This document shows positions 9,403 to 18,951 of a stretch of DNA of 32,000 nt, in pieces. A program made the translations under genes and the position numbers. The first letter of the stretch is position 1. Each line of letters opens with the position of its first letter. Under the pieces are notes generated by a model. That model saw only the letters and a list, made by a program, of their open reading frames with translations. It ran no database searches and was not told the DNA's origin. The stretch is from Promethearchaeum syntrophicum (GTDB lineage: Archaea; Asgardarchaeota; Lokiarchaeia; Sigyniarchaeales; Promethearchaeaceae), in assembly GCF_008000775.2 (NCBI RefSeq), contig NZ_CP042905.2:2550001-2582000 (forward strand). The letters are read 5' to 3'.

Positions 9403-9613
9403 AAATTTGGATTATTGAAAAATAATCACTTTTTTGTAATCTACTTTTATTTATTGAAATTTGCCTTAATTTTCATAAAATTATTCATGGTTTACATTAA
9501 AAAACTAACTGAAAAGATATTTAAGATCGAAGTAACGTTATACAATTGAATGATTTTATTAGAGAATAATTTAATACACTATAATCATTTTGCTAGTTTT
9601 TATTTTATTTGAG

Positions 9614-9883
9614 GTGAAGAACATAACAGACAAATTTATCAAAGGTAGAAAGAAGAGAAAAGCTGAATTAAATAAGAATCGGAAGAAAGATATTCAAGAA
9701 TTAGCAGATATCAAAGTGGAATCACGTTCTAATAAACATGATACCGCACCAAATAGGTATAAGAAATATTTAGAAAATAAGAAGAAAATGAAGAGGGCTA
9801 GAGAGTTAGAAAAGAAACAAAAGCCTTATATTTGGAATAAGAAGAAAATGATGAAACGATCGTTAGCGGAAGCTGAAAAATAA
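9614..9883 (+). CDS. Small highly basic Lys/Arg-rich protein, about 89 aa
   Basis: Track ORF 9590-9883; in-frame GTG at 9614 is a plausible start after GAG. VKNITDKFIKGRKKRKAELNKNRKKDIQEL... Confidence 0.5.
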   Translation: MKNITDKFIKGRKKRKAELNKNRKKDIQELADIKVESRSNKHDTAPNRYKKYLENKKKMKRARELEKKQKPYIWNKKKMMKRSLAEAEK

Positions 9884-9920
9884 CCGATTTTTAATAAAAA
9901 TAAAAAAATTTTTTTTTCTT

Positions 9921-10793
9921 TTAGTTCTGTTCAACTACTATGGAATCAGATTTCCTTTGCTTAAATGCACTATATACAAAGATCGCCGAAGTCATCCATA
10001 AAATATGACCTAAATATAAGAATTCTAATGAAAATTCTTTTAAACTCGGAAAAGCACCTACGAGATATCCCAATAGAGCCCAATAGTAAATTCCTGAAGT
10101 AAATATAATAATGCTCCATCCTAAAAATTTAGCGCGACGTTTAAATTCAATTTCCATTTGAGTCTTTCGGAGTTCAAATAATTGCTTTACCATTAGGATT
10201 GTTGAAAAGCCATATAAGATAATTATTAAAATCATCGCTATACCCCAATCAGACGAAACATGAACTGTGGTTGAGTCAAGTATTTCTATTTTTATTTGGT
10301 CAAGTATTATGAAGACTATAAGCAAAGATATCGCTAGAAGAAGTGAGAAATGTCCCCAAGTTATCTTGAAACCTTTAATAGGTAGAATTTTTTTCTTTGA
10401 ACCAAAAATTTTTCGATTTAAGCTAATACCCGTATTGATTCTTACCGCAGCCATACAATAAAACCAAGCTGTTAAAATGGCTCCAATAATCCCAATATCT
10501 CTGAGAATATTTGCAAAGAATAATGACGGATATTCACTAGTGTAACCTTTTATCGGATCGCCTAGAGTTAATGGTCCTTCTAATGATAAAGGTGCAATTG
10601 CAAAAATAATAGTATCAAGAACCATATACAAAATCCAACCTGCAATACCCATTAAGAAATAAATATGTAAAGAAGGGCGTTTCATTAGTGGAATTCCTTT
10701 ATATTTCTTATTAAGTGAAAATAGAACAATTATATAAAGAAAAACTTCAATAATCTTAGCAGGGAGTAAATAAAGCTGATCTATTTCAATCAT
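9921..10793 (-). CDS. Multi-pass (about 7 TM) integral membrane protein
   Basis: Several hydrophobic segments separated by short loops over 290 aa, ATG start. Confidence 0.75.
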   Translation of the reverse strand: MIEIDQLYLLPAKIIEVFLYIIVLFSLNKKYKGIPLMKRPSLHIYFLMGIAGWILYMVLDTIIFAIAPLSLEGPLTLGDPIKGYTSEYPSLFFANILRDIGIIGAILTAWFYCMAAVRINTGISLNRKIFGSKKKILPIKGFKITWGHFSLLLAISLLIVFIILDQIKIEILDSTTVHVSSDWGIAMILIIILYGFSTILMVKQLFELRKTQMEIEFKRRAKFLGWSIIIFTSGIYYWALLGYLVGAFPSLKEFSLEFLYLGHILWMTSAIFVYSAFKQRKSDSIVVEQN

Positions 10794-10887
10794 AAATTAA
10801 TCATGTGAATTATTACCTTTATGCCTTTTTTGTTAATCTGAAAATTTAATGTCCCTTTAATTCGATGAAAGGTTTTTAAATATACGA

Positions 10888-11820
10888 ATGGATAGGTCAG
10901 ATTTCAAATATTATGGATTACTTGTAATTGCTATGTTTTTCTGGGGATTAAGTTGGCCCCTCTCTCAAATTATGGTCGGACAAGCGACCCCATTCCAAGT
11001 CGGGTTCTTCCGGTTTCTAATCGCGAGTATTGTTTATTTAGTTTTATTATTCAGTACAAATTTTAAAAAAATTCGCACCTATACATGGAAATCGATCCGA
11101 GATTTTACGATATTGGGAATCTTGGGTATATTTGGATACGGTACTTTATTTTTAACAGCAATGACGTTCACCACATCATCTCAAGGTGCTGTGATTGCGG
11201 GAATTCAACCCGCATTATTAGCAATCTCATCCTATTTTATTTTTGGAGAAAAATTGCATCCAAAATGGAGATATTTTGGGATTATTTTAAGTTTTATCGG
11301 AGTAATTATAATAATCGGAGTGCAACCGTTTATAGATTTTAATGTGGATCACTTGATAGGCAATGTTATTGTTTTTATTGCATTTTTATTCTGGTGTGGA
11401 TATACTCTTTATGGAAAAAAAGTCATGAAGAAACATTCTTCTTTAGAAACAACAACATGGAGTTCCTTTACAGGCATGTTAATGTTTGGTATGGCTGCAA
11501 TAATCGAAAACAAATGGATCTTAATAGCCGAAGTATCATGGGATTTTTGGTTAAATATCACCTTATTAGGTCTTTTTACTACGGTGGTTAGCTTCTTCCT
11601 ATATTTTTACGTTATTGGTAAAATTGGGGCGGTTCGGTCTGGAGTTTTTATTAATCTTGTTCCTGTTTTCGGCACTTTGCTTTCGATAGTAATATTGCAT
11701 CAAGAAAATGCAAGTACACTATGGATCGGATTAATTATCATTTCAATGGGAATTTTACTGCTAAATTATCCAAAAGATTTTTCAGTAAAACAAGAAGAAA
11801 ACGGATTAACTAATAAATAA
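10888..11820 (+). CDS. EamA/DMT superfamily transporter
   Basis: Two EamA-like halves: MFFWGLSWPLSQIMVGQATPFQVGFFRFLIAS...GVIAGIQPALLAISSYFIFGEKLHPKWRYFGIILSFIGVIIII and ...VFLNLVPVFGTLLSIVILHQENASTLWIGLIIISMGILLLN-type region. Confidence 0.92.
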   Translation: MDRSDFKYYGLLVIAMFFWGLSWPLSQIMVGQATPFQVGFFRFLIASIVYLVLLFSTNFKKIRTYTWKSIRDFTILGILGIFGYGTLFLTAMTFTTSSQGAVIAGIQPALLAISSYFIFGEKLHPKWRYFGIILSFIGVIIIIGVQPFIDFNVDHLIGNVIVFIAFLFWCGYTLYGKKVMKKHSSLETTTWSSFTGMLMFGMAAIIENKWILIAEVSWDFWLNITLLGLFTTVVSFFLYFYVIGKIGAVRSGVFINLVPVFGTLLSIVILHQENASTLWIGLIIISMGILLLNYPKDFSVKQEENGLTNK

Positions 11821-11905
11821 AATTATTTCCTAATTCGATCTTATTTAGAGATATCATTTTTAAATCAATTAGAAAATTAAAAAAAATTTAGTTTTTGATT
11901 AGTAA

Positions 11906-13183
11906 TTACTGCTTAGGTGGTTTTATCACAAAAGTTAAACCTGCAGCAATCAAAGACATAATTCCCATAATAATGAAGAGAACTAAATAACTTCCAAGTG
12001 CATTTACAATAATTTGCACCATCGTTGCACCTAAAAATCCTGCTATTCCATAAGCGGTAAAAACCATTCCATAATTTGGACCTAAATTCTTTGCACCAAA
12101 TAGATCAGTAGTTGCTGTAGGGAATAAACTAAAATTACCACCAAAGCAGAATATAAGGGCACAAGATATAACCCAAAAGAAGAAAGGACTTCCATTAGTT
12201 AAGAAATAAAATAACATTAAAATTCCTTGAGATCCGAACATAATTAACATAGATTTCTTATAATCTAATATATCTGCTAATTTACCCCAGAAAATTCTTC
12301 CTAATCCATTAAATAGTGCCATTATTGAACCTAATAAAACAAAATTAACGGTTCCAATTAGATAGATAAATTCTTCTTCAGCATCAACTGTTTTCGCGAA
12401 ACTTGCATAACTTCCAAGTATCATTAATCCAGAAATTGCAGAGAGGACAAACATACCCCAAAGAATCCAGAAGGCAGGAGTTTTAATTGTTTTATTTCTT
12501 GGTAATTCAATATTAGATGAAATACCTGTTTTTGGTGGTGTTGGAGTCCAACCTTTTGGAACCCATCCCTCAGGAGGATTTTTAAGAGTCAAAGCACCTA
12601 ATACAACCATAATTATGTAAATTATTCCAAGTACAATAAACATAGTAGGAATGCGGGCTGAAGTTTCCGCAACAAAATTTGGATCATTAGTTTCTAGACC
12701 GTTTGGATTAGCTAATGCTTTAATTATAAAATTGAAAACAAATGCTCCTGCTCCAAAACCAGCTACTGCAATACCGTTTATAAGTCCTTTCATATCAAGG
12801 AACCATTTTGCTGCAGTAGCAATTGGGCACACATAAGCGAATCCAATTCCCGCACCAAACAAAATTCCATATGAAAATATCATTCCTAAGAGTGAAGTCA
12901 TTGCAGCAGATAATAATACTCCACCTCCAAGTAAAATCGCACCTAAAATCGCTGTTTTCATAGGACCGATCTTTTGTTGTAATTGACCTGCAAAAATCAT
13001 CGTAATTGCAAAAGATAGTAATCCAACACCGAAAATATAGACAGAAGATGTTTTTAAAACATCTAAATATGGAGTAACGAAAATTGTGGTTGCTCCCCAA
13101 CAATAGATTGTGCCTAATGCTAATTGAATTAAAATAGCACCGATTACAACAATCCATCTGTTCATAACTTTTTCTTCAGACAT
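11906..13183 (-). CDS. MFS transporter, OFA (oxalate:formate antiporter)-like
   Basis: NRWIVVIGAILIQLALGTIYCWGATTIFVTPYL, GAGIGFAYVCPIATAAKWFLDMKGLINGIAVAGFGAGAFVFN, NGLGRIFWGKLADILDYKKSM. Confidence 0.9.
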   Translation of the reverse strand: MSEEKVMNRWIVVIGAILIQLALGTIYCWGATTIFVTPYLDVLKTSSVYIFGVGLLSFAITMIFAGQLQQKIGPMKTAILGAILLGGGVLLSAAMTSLLGMIFSYGILFGAGIGFAYVCPIATAAKWFLDMKGLINGIAVAGFGAGAFVFNFIIKALANPNGLETNDPNFVAETSARIPTMFIVLGIIYIIMVVLGALTLKNPPEGWVPKGWTPTPPKTGISSNIELPRNKTIKTPAFWILWGMFVLSAISGLMILGSYASFAKTVDAEEEFIYLIGTVNFVLLGSIMALFNGLGRIFWGKLADILDYKKSMLIMFGSQGILMLFYFLTNGSPFFFWVISCALIFCFGGNFSLFPTATTDLFGAKNLGPNYGMVFTAYGIAGFLGATMVQIIVNALGSYLVLFIIMGIMSLIAAGLTFVIKPPKQ

Positions 13184-13401
13184 ATTAAACCCTTTTTTTT
13201 TAAATAGATTATTTGTAAATTATTTAAGTGCTTCTTATTTGAAATTTCGATAAAAATCACCTAATAGTTATTTAGTTATGATCCTTTTTATAAAACTTTT
13301 TTTTTCTAGTTTTTCCTCTGAGATCTCAAAATTAAAAAAAAATATACTCATTACAAATTATTGTAAAAATGAATTAAACCTCGCATTTATTTAAACCAAA
13401 T

Positions 13402-15285
13402 TCAGATAGTAAATGCGCGCTCTAATAAACCACTAAACCGTTCAGAAATAGAATAAATATCATTACCATCTTCATATTTTTTAGTGATCATATCAGAACC
13501 GAACGTTTCAATCAGATTATATAATATCATTCCGAGAGCCACTGATCCCATATATCGATTTCGTTTTATTTCTCTAAGTAATTGGCAATCTGGATGCGTA
13601 TTCCTATCCATTAATAGCCTAATTACTTCAAGTTTCACAGGTTCCGCTTGCTGAATATAATGTAAATTCTCGAGTATTGTGATTTCCCGTTGCTCTGGAT
13701 CTTCTTGAATTTCATCAAAATTATCCATTGAAGGGTTAATTTGGGTATCATACAAAGAATCTTGGAGTGAATTATTCCGAGAATTATTTGAGAAAATTTC
13801 TTGTTGTTCATTTTGGAATTTTGCATTTTCTACACTAAAGGGTGATTCACAACTATCTCCAAAATTATTCTGATTATTTTGTGAATATCCGTGCAATCCT
13901 AAATTATTTGATGAAGAATTATATAGCCGTTCCTTTAAGCTCAAACTTTTTCTTTGAAAATTATCCCAAGTAACTTGATTTTGAAAATTTTGTTTTTGCG
14001 GTTGAGCAGATCTAAAAGAATCATTAAAGGTTGGAGTGAATTGTTTTTGTTCATTTTTTTCAAGATATCCCTTTCTTATATTGGAATTTTGATTATAATT
14101 CCCAAATGGATTGATTTGATTAGATGGATTTGAATTTCTGTGTTCATTATAGTGTCCGAATTCTTTTTGAGGAGAAATATCATACTGATTTTCTTTGGAA
14201 GAATAATATTTAGGGTCGGGATTAACGTAATCCTGATTTTGAGCACTGGTAAATAGTGAGGCTGTTTGGTTCCTTGTATTAACCTTTTTGAGCTTGTTTA
14301 ACTGATTTACTTGATCGATTCGGTTCTTTTGAAAATTATTTGGAATTTGAAATCTGTTTTGATTAGCCTTTTGATTGTTTTGGTAAGAGTTTTGTTGTTT
14401 ATGATAATTATTATTCCATCCTTGTTTTTGAACATTATTTGCTCCATTTTCATTATTGGAAAAAAATCTTTTATTTCCTTTAATAGATTCACTCAATGCA
14501 TCTGTGAGAGTTGAGTCATACGGGTTTTTATGATTCATTTGGTATGGATTGATTCCTTCATCAGAACCAAAACTCAAGAATGGTGGAGCTTCCCGCCCTT
14601 GCGGAGGGAGTTTTGGTGGTGGAGGTATAGGATATTTACCTGTATAATTAGGTATTTTTTGATTTGAAATATTTGTGGTTGAATCCACTTCATTTTGGGA
14701 CATATTTTTTCTCAAATTATTGAGAAAACTACTTCCATGTCGATGGGAATTTTCAAATTTATTAGTGTGATATGCTGATTGAGTATTGAATGACTGAGAA
14801 TTTTGAGGATTATTATTTGAAATTCTTTGATTTGGATAGAAATTGTTTGAATTTTGGTTAGGCTCTCCTTGTAAATGTAATAAATGTGGAGGATTTTCAT
14901 TAAATCCATTAGAAAATTGATTTTGAAATTTTGGTTCTTTTTGTCGAGTTTGAATTTTTCTTAACATACTAGTTAAAGCACGGTTGGATTGAATTTTTGG
15001 ATTAAAATTTAACCCTTTCTTTAACATACTTTGGTTAGGATTTGTTGGTTCTTGATTAGAATTGATATGATTGTTCATATTGAATATTGGTTTACTTTGT
15101 GTTCTTATTGATCCTTGATGGTTTACACTATTTCCGTATTTTACCCTTTCTGAATGATTTTTATCGGAAACTAATGATGGATTTTCATGCCTTTCCAGTT
15201 TCCCGTCGGAATTATCAGAAGCAAATAAACGGGCCATCCCCGGTTGTAATTCATCATTTATTCCCTTTGACCATGGTTGTGTCAT
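13402..15285 (-). CDS. Asn/Gln-rich (prion-like) low-complexity protein with poly-Pro patch and C-terminal helical domain, 627 aa
   Basis: Uninterrupted 1.88 kb ATG ORF; N/Q/S-rich for about 500 aa, PPPPKLPPQG motif, then non-repetitive ITILENLHYIQQAEPVKLEVIRLLMDRNTHPDCQLLREIKRNRYMGSVALGMILYNLIETFG... Confidence 0.8.
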   Translation of the reverse strand: MTQPWSKGINDELQPGMARLFASDNSDGKLERHENPSLVSDKNHSERVKYGNSVNHQGSIRTQSKPIFNMNNHINSNQEPTNPNQSMLKKGLNFNPKIQSNRALTSMLRKIQTRQKEPKFQNQFSNGFNENPPHLLHLQGEPNQNSNNFYPNQRISNNNPQNSQSFNTQSAYHTNKFENSHRHGSSFLNNLRKNMSQNEVDSTTNISNQKIPNYTGKYPIPPPPKLPPQGREAPPFLSFGSDEGINPYQMNHKNPYDSTLTDALSESIKGNKRFFSNNENGANNVQKQGWNNNYHKQQNSYQNNQKANQNRFQIPNNFQKNRIDQVNQLNKLKKVNTRNQTASLFTSAQNQDYVNPDPKYYSSKENQYDISPQKEFGHYNEHRNSNPSNQINPFGNYNQNSNIRKGYLEKNEQKQFTPTFNDSFRSAQPQKQNFQNQVTWDNFQRKSLSLKERLYNSSSNNLGLHGYSQNNQNNFGDSCESPFSVENAKFQNEQQEIFSNNSRNNSLQDSLYDTQINPSMDNFDEIQEDPEQREITILENLHYIQQAEPVKLEVIRLLMDRNTHPDCQLLREIKRNRYMGSVALGMILYNLIETFGSDMITKKYEDGNDIYSISERFSGLLERAFTI

Positions 15286-15525
15286 CGATTATCAACGTAT
15301 CCGATTCTTTAGGCACAAATTTCCCTAATCAAATTACATATTATTCTAGGAATATCTACGTAACATCCATCAAGAAAAAAATGAGAAATAATTTCCTCTA
15401 TATTTTTCATCGAGAATAAAAATAGAGCAAAAAATTTTAAATAATGAAAGCCCCATTTAAATTATATTATACAGAAAAACTTTACAAATATATATAAAAA
15501 TGTATAAAAATAAAAGGTGTAAATA

Positions 15526-15792
15526 TTGGCAAAAAAAGAATTGTTTATAAAACGCTGTTATGAGATTGTACAAGAGCTTAAAATTCCTTTAGTTGACGAA
15601 CGGGTCTATTCTAAGGCGGATATTGTTGATGCAAGATACGGAACTACTGTGATTTTTACTTTTGAAGAGGATGAATCTGTCATCAGAGGTTTTCTTGGTT
15701 TAGCTGAATATTATCATACAATCGTTTTGAAAAAACGTGAGTCGTTTTTCATCTCTAATGGGTCATTGCTTTTCAAATTGGTTTCAAAATAG
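15526..15792 (+). CDS. Small hypothetical protein, 88 aa
   Basis: TTG start; AGGTG about 7 nt upstream; non-repetitive composition. Confidence 0.5.
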   Translation: MAKKELFIKRCYEIVQELKIPLVDERVYSKADIVDARYGTTVIFTFEEDESVIRGFLGLAEYYHTIVLKKRESFFISNGSLLFKLVSK

Positions 15793-16023
15793 ATTCATTA
15801 ATTCGGATTTTATATATTATTTTTTTATATTCTCTATTTATTAGGTTTTGGTAGATTTATCTTTTAATAGCATTCCAATGACTTCTAGTGAAGTAAATTT
15901 TTAAATTGTTTATTTAGTTTATAAATAAACAAGACAATTTTTCAATTTAAAGGTAGTTTTGAAAAGTTTTTATCTGTTTATGCAAATATAATTATGTAGT
16001 AATTTTTAGTTGTAGGTGATTAA

Positions 16024-16650
16024 ATGGGAACTTGGTATAATTATAATTGTGGTTCATGTGGAAAGCATTGCCACAAAAAATCAGTTTTAAGATGTAATTT
16101 TTGCAATATACCGATATGCTGGAGTTGCAAAAAGGAAGGACTTTGTCCTGATCATTACCAAAAATTGACTCCACAAGAACGGATGAGCTTAAATTCAACT
16201 CATCTAACCTTTACTTGGATGTTTCGCATTACGGTTTGGACAGGGCTCATAGGAATAATTTTAGCATTTGCAATGTGGTCAGATACAGATTCTACAAGAG
16301 GTTTTCCAATTAAAGGGATTGTATCTGGACTAATAGGTCTCGTATCTTGTTTTTTTTGCTTCAAATCTCCAGGATGGGAAGAAACAAAATTAGATAAGAT
16401 TAGAGCAACCATTAATCAAAGATTAGGAGTTTCTTCTGGGAAAATAAGTGCAGAAACCTTATTAAAAGCTGTTCAAAATTTTTCTGTAGGGTTAAATGTA
16501 GGAACTAAGCCTGTTCAAGATACGAGCATGCCTCCAACTAATTTTAATGATTCTCAGACTTCACAGGTAGATTTTATTATTTGTCCTAATTGCGCAGCTA
16601 AAATGCCAGAAGGCACCACATTTTGTGGAGTTTGTGGAAAGCGCATGTAA
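16024..16650 (+). CDS. Membrane protein with N-terminal treble-clef/double zinc-binding region and C-terminal zinc ribbon
   Basis: CGSCGKHCHKKSVLRCNFCNIPICWSCKKEGLCPDHY; two hydrophobic segments; CPNCAAKMPEGTTFCGVCGKRM. Confidence 0.8.
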   Translation: MGTWYNYNCGSCGKHCHKKSVLRCNFCNIPICWSCKKEGLCPDHYQKLTPQERMSLNSTHLTFTWMFRITVWTGLIGIILAFAMWSDTDSTRGFPIKGIVSGLIGLVSCFFCFKSPGWEETKLDKIRATINQRLGVSSGKISAETLLKAVQNFSVGLNVGTKPVQDTSMPPTNFNDSQTSQVDFIICPNCAAKMPEGTTFCGVCGKRM

Positions 16651-16812
16651 AATACTTCAGATATAAATTTTTTTCTTATTGTTTTAATTTAAAAATTGAC
16701 CTATAGGTATAATTTCTTTTTCTTCTAAATTCACATAATTTTAAATTAGGTCATACTGGTCTTGAGAAGATAAATATAAAATTATAGAAAAAAAATAAAA
16801 AAATCTTTAAGT

Positions 16813-17217
16813 TTAGGTGAGAAGCGCCAATAACAAAGGCCAAAATCCTAAAAACACAAAGGATAATATAACAACAATAATCACAATCATTACAACAAAA
16901 ATAAATAACGCAGCTAATGCTCCTAATAATGTTGTATCATGCCTTGCTTTAATTATGAAAAATGTGAGCAGAAGAGAAACTACATTTGCAATCCACACAT
17001 CTGCAAAAAGTCCAACTATAAAGGATAAAACTGTAGTTAGAACGATGATAAATAAGCCCGTGACAAAAACATGTCCTAATTTCGAATCTTCTCCTTTAAC
17101 CGCTTTTATTCCAATTTGTAATGCAACCGTTAGTAAAACGATTATAATTACAAAAATCAAAATCATAATTCCTATATTGCCAAAAAGGGTGATAAAATCC
17201 GCAAGATCTAGTATCAT
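16813..17217 (-). CDS. Small integral membrane protein, 134 aa
   Basis: Hydrophobic throughout: GNIGIMILIFVIIIVLLTVALQIG..., VFVTGLFIIVLTTVLSFIVGLF..., AALFIFVVMIVIIVVILSFVFLGFWPLLLALL. Confidence 0.65.
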   Translation of the reverse strand: MILDLADFITLFGNIGIMILIFVIIIVLLTVALQIGIKAVKGEDSKLGHVFVTGLFIIVLTTVLSFIVGLFADVWIANVVSLLLTFFIIKARHDTTLLGALAALFIFVVMIVIIVVILSFVFLGFWPLLLALLT

Positions 17218-17414
17218 AGTAATTTAAAGATGATTTTTACTATTTAAAAGTATTTTGTATAGGAAGGTTAAAAAAAAAAACGCAACTGCCTCAGTATCTC
17301 TCTTTGTGTCATCGATGTAAATTTAACAATAATTATTAAACTAAATCTCCAACAAATGCCTTATCATCATTGGCGTGATTTTATTTTTTTTTATTTTTAA
17401 ATAATGGATAGGTA

Positions 17415-18902
17415 TCATCCATCGCTATACTGTTCTGCTAGATTTTTAAGATGAGTTTTTGTAAATTCTTCAGATTCTCCCCTTTTCACCCTACTGATAA
17501 AAATTAATGCGATCAATTGCCACATTAAAACATAAAAGAAGAGTTGTCTATATTGGTATCCAGTTCCATAAAGCTGAATTCGTTCAGGAAATACTTGCGT
17601 ATATAAATCAAATTGAAATCCAGCAACGATCGGTGAAATTATTGCTGCAGCTTGTGTAAATAAGTAATATACTCCAGTATAAGCTCCTATTTTTCCTTCA
17701 GGAGCAAGTTGCCAAATTATAACAATTCCATTAATTGAAATCAGTGCAATGAAAAATCCAGCTAAGAAAATACTAATAATTGTTCCAATATAATAACTTG
17801 AAGGATTCAAAAGCCATAAATCAAGATAATGAAGAATTTCAACGGTGAAGGCTAATCCTATTAAACCCAATGTAACAGCATTTTTTCGACCAAATTTATC
17901 AGATAATTTTCCTACAGGATACGCTGAAATTACTAAAGAAATGGGGGCGATCATAAGAACCGTGCTTGCCATACCATCAGTCCAACCTAAATATATAATG
18001 GCAAAGGAACTATAAAATGTCTCTATCGCATTTACACCAAAGCTGCTTGCGAAGAGTGCAAGTAGCATGAATAATGCACTTTTATCTTTATCGGATAGAA
18101 CTGTTTTAAGATATGTGAGTTTGTTTTCTTTTTTACCGATTGGGGACGGATGTTCTCCAAGATTTTCAAAAGTGATGGGATCAATTGAAATTGGAAGTTT
18201 TCCGATTTTGAGAAATTTTTCTCCCGTGGGAGTCTCTTTAATTGAGAAAAATAATATCATTAGCCCAACTAACATTACAACGCTAACAAAATAAAATGAT
18301 CCAATTCTTGCCGCTACTGTTCCTTCATATGTTTCTACATCATAAAATAGATTCATAATTATAGGTCCTGAGTATCCTAAGAGAAAAGCAAAAGCTCCCA
18401 TAATTTGAATAAGTGCATTTCCCGTTGATCTAAGCTTCGGATCCGTAAGGTCTGGCATTAAAGACATCGCAGCACTGCGGTAAAAAGCTAATGAAAGATT
18501 AAAAAACATAATTACCGCAAATAATGCCCAAAAAATTTTCATATGGGGTAAAAGGGAAAAACTAATTGCACCTAATATTATTCCAAGTATCATGTAAGGC
18601 ATTCGTTTACCATGTTTAGAATGCGTATGATCAGAAATAACCCCAAAATAGGGTAAACAGATAACAGCAACAATATTATCAAGAACCATAACCATTCCTA
18701 CAAATGTATCAGCTCCTAACCAACTAATATTCATGTCGGCATAAAATTCTCTTAACATTAACGGCATTATAAAGTTATAATAAGCCCATGCCGCTTGAGA
18801 TGTTAAAAAAGCCAATCCAATTAAGATTGTCCTCTTAATATTGAGTTTACCGGGAACATTAGGTGTCATTCGAGGTTTATATTTTGATTTTGATATGTTC
18901 AT
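17415..18902 (-). CDS. MFS transporter, GPH/SLC45 (sugar symporter)-like
   Basis: LIGLAFLTSQAAWAYYNFIMPLMLREFY..., PYFGVISDHTHSKHGKRMPYMILG, YPVGKLSDKFGRKNAV; 12-TM pattern. Confidence 0.88.
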   Translation of the reverse strand: MNISKSKYKPRMTPNVPGKLNIKRTILIGLAFLTSQAAWAYYNFIMPLMLREFYADMNISWLGADTFVGMVMVLDNIVAVICLPYFGVISDHTHSKHGKRMPYMILGIILGAISFSLLPHMKIFWALFAVIMFFNLSLAFYRSAAMSLMPDLTDPKLRSTGNALIQIMGAFAFLLGYSGPIIMNLFYDVETYEGTVAARIGSFYFVSVVMLVGLMILFFSIKETPTGEKFLKIGKLPISIDPITFENLGEHPSPIGKKENKLTYLKTVLSDKDKSALFMLLALFASSFGVNAIETFYSSFAIIYLGWTDGMASTVLMIAPISLVISAYPVGKLSDKFGRKNAVTLGLIGLAFTVEILHYLDLWLLNPSSYYIGTIISIFLAGFFIALISINGIVIIWQLAPEGKIGAYTGVYYLFTQAAAIISPIVAGFQFDLYTQVFPERIQLYGTGYQYRQLFFYVLMWQLIALIFISRVKRGESEEFTKTHLKNLAEQYSDG

Positions 18903-18951
18903 CCTTAAGAATCAAATAACTTAAACTGCTTAAAAATTATGTTAAATTGGA

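Noticed and set aside
12795-13157. 120-aa - strand ORF in an alternate frame
   Set aside because: Out-of-frame overlap with the MFS transporter; Cys/Asn-rich product typical of a shifted frame.
14307-14514. Short ORFs on both strands inside the N/Q-rich gene
   Set aside because: Low-complexity shadow frames; only the 627-aa frame is continuous through the region.
13402-15285. Possible tandem DNA repeat array within the N/Q-rich gene
   Set aside because: AAT/CAA-type codons recur but no fixed repeat unit could be seen; better described as compositional bias.
16817-17227. 136-aa + strand ORF opposite the small membrane protein
   Set aside because: Mirror frame of the hydrophobic - strand ORF; Thr/Ile/Lys-rich low-complexity product, and the - strand reading has clear TM segments.
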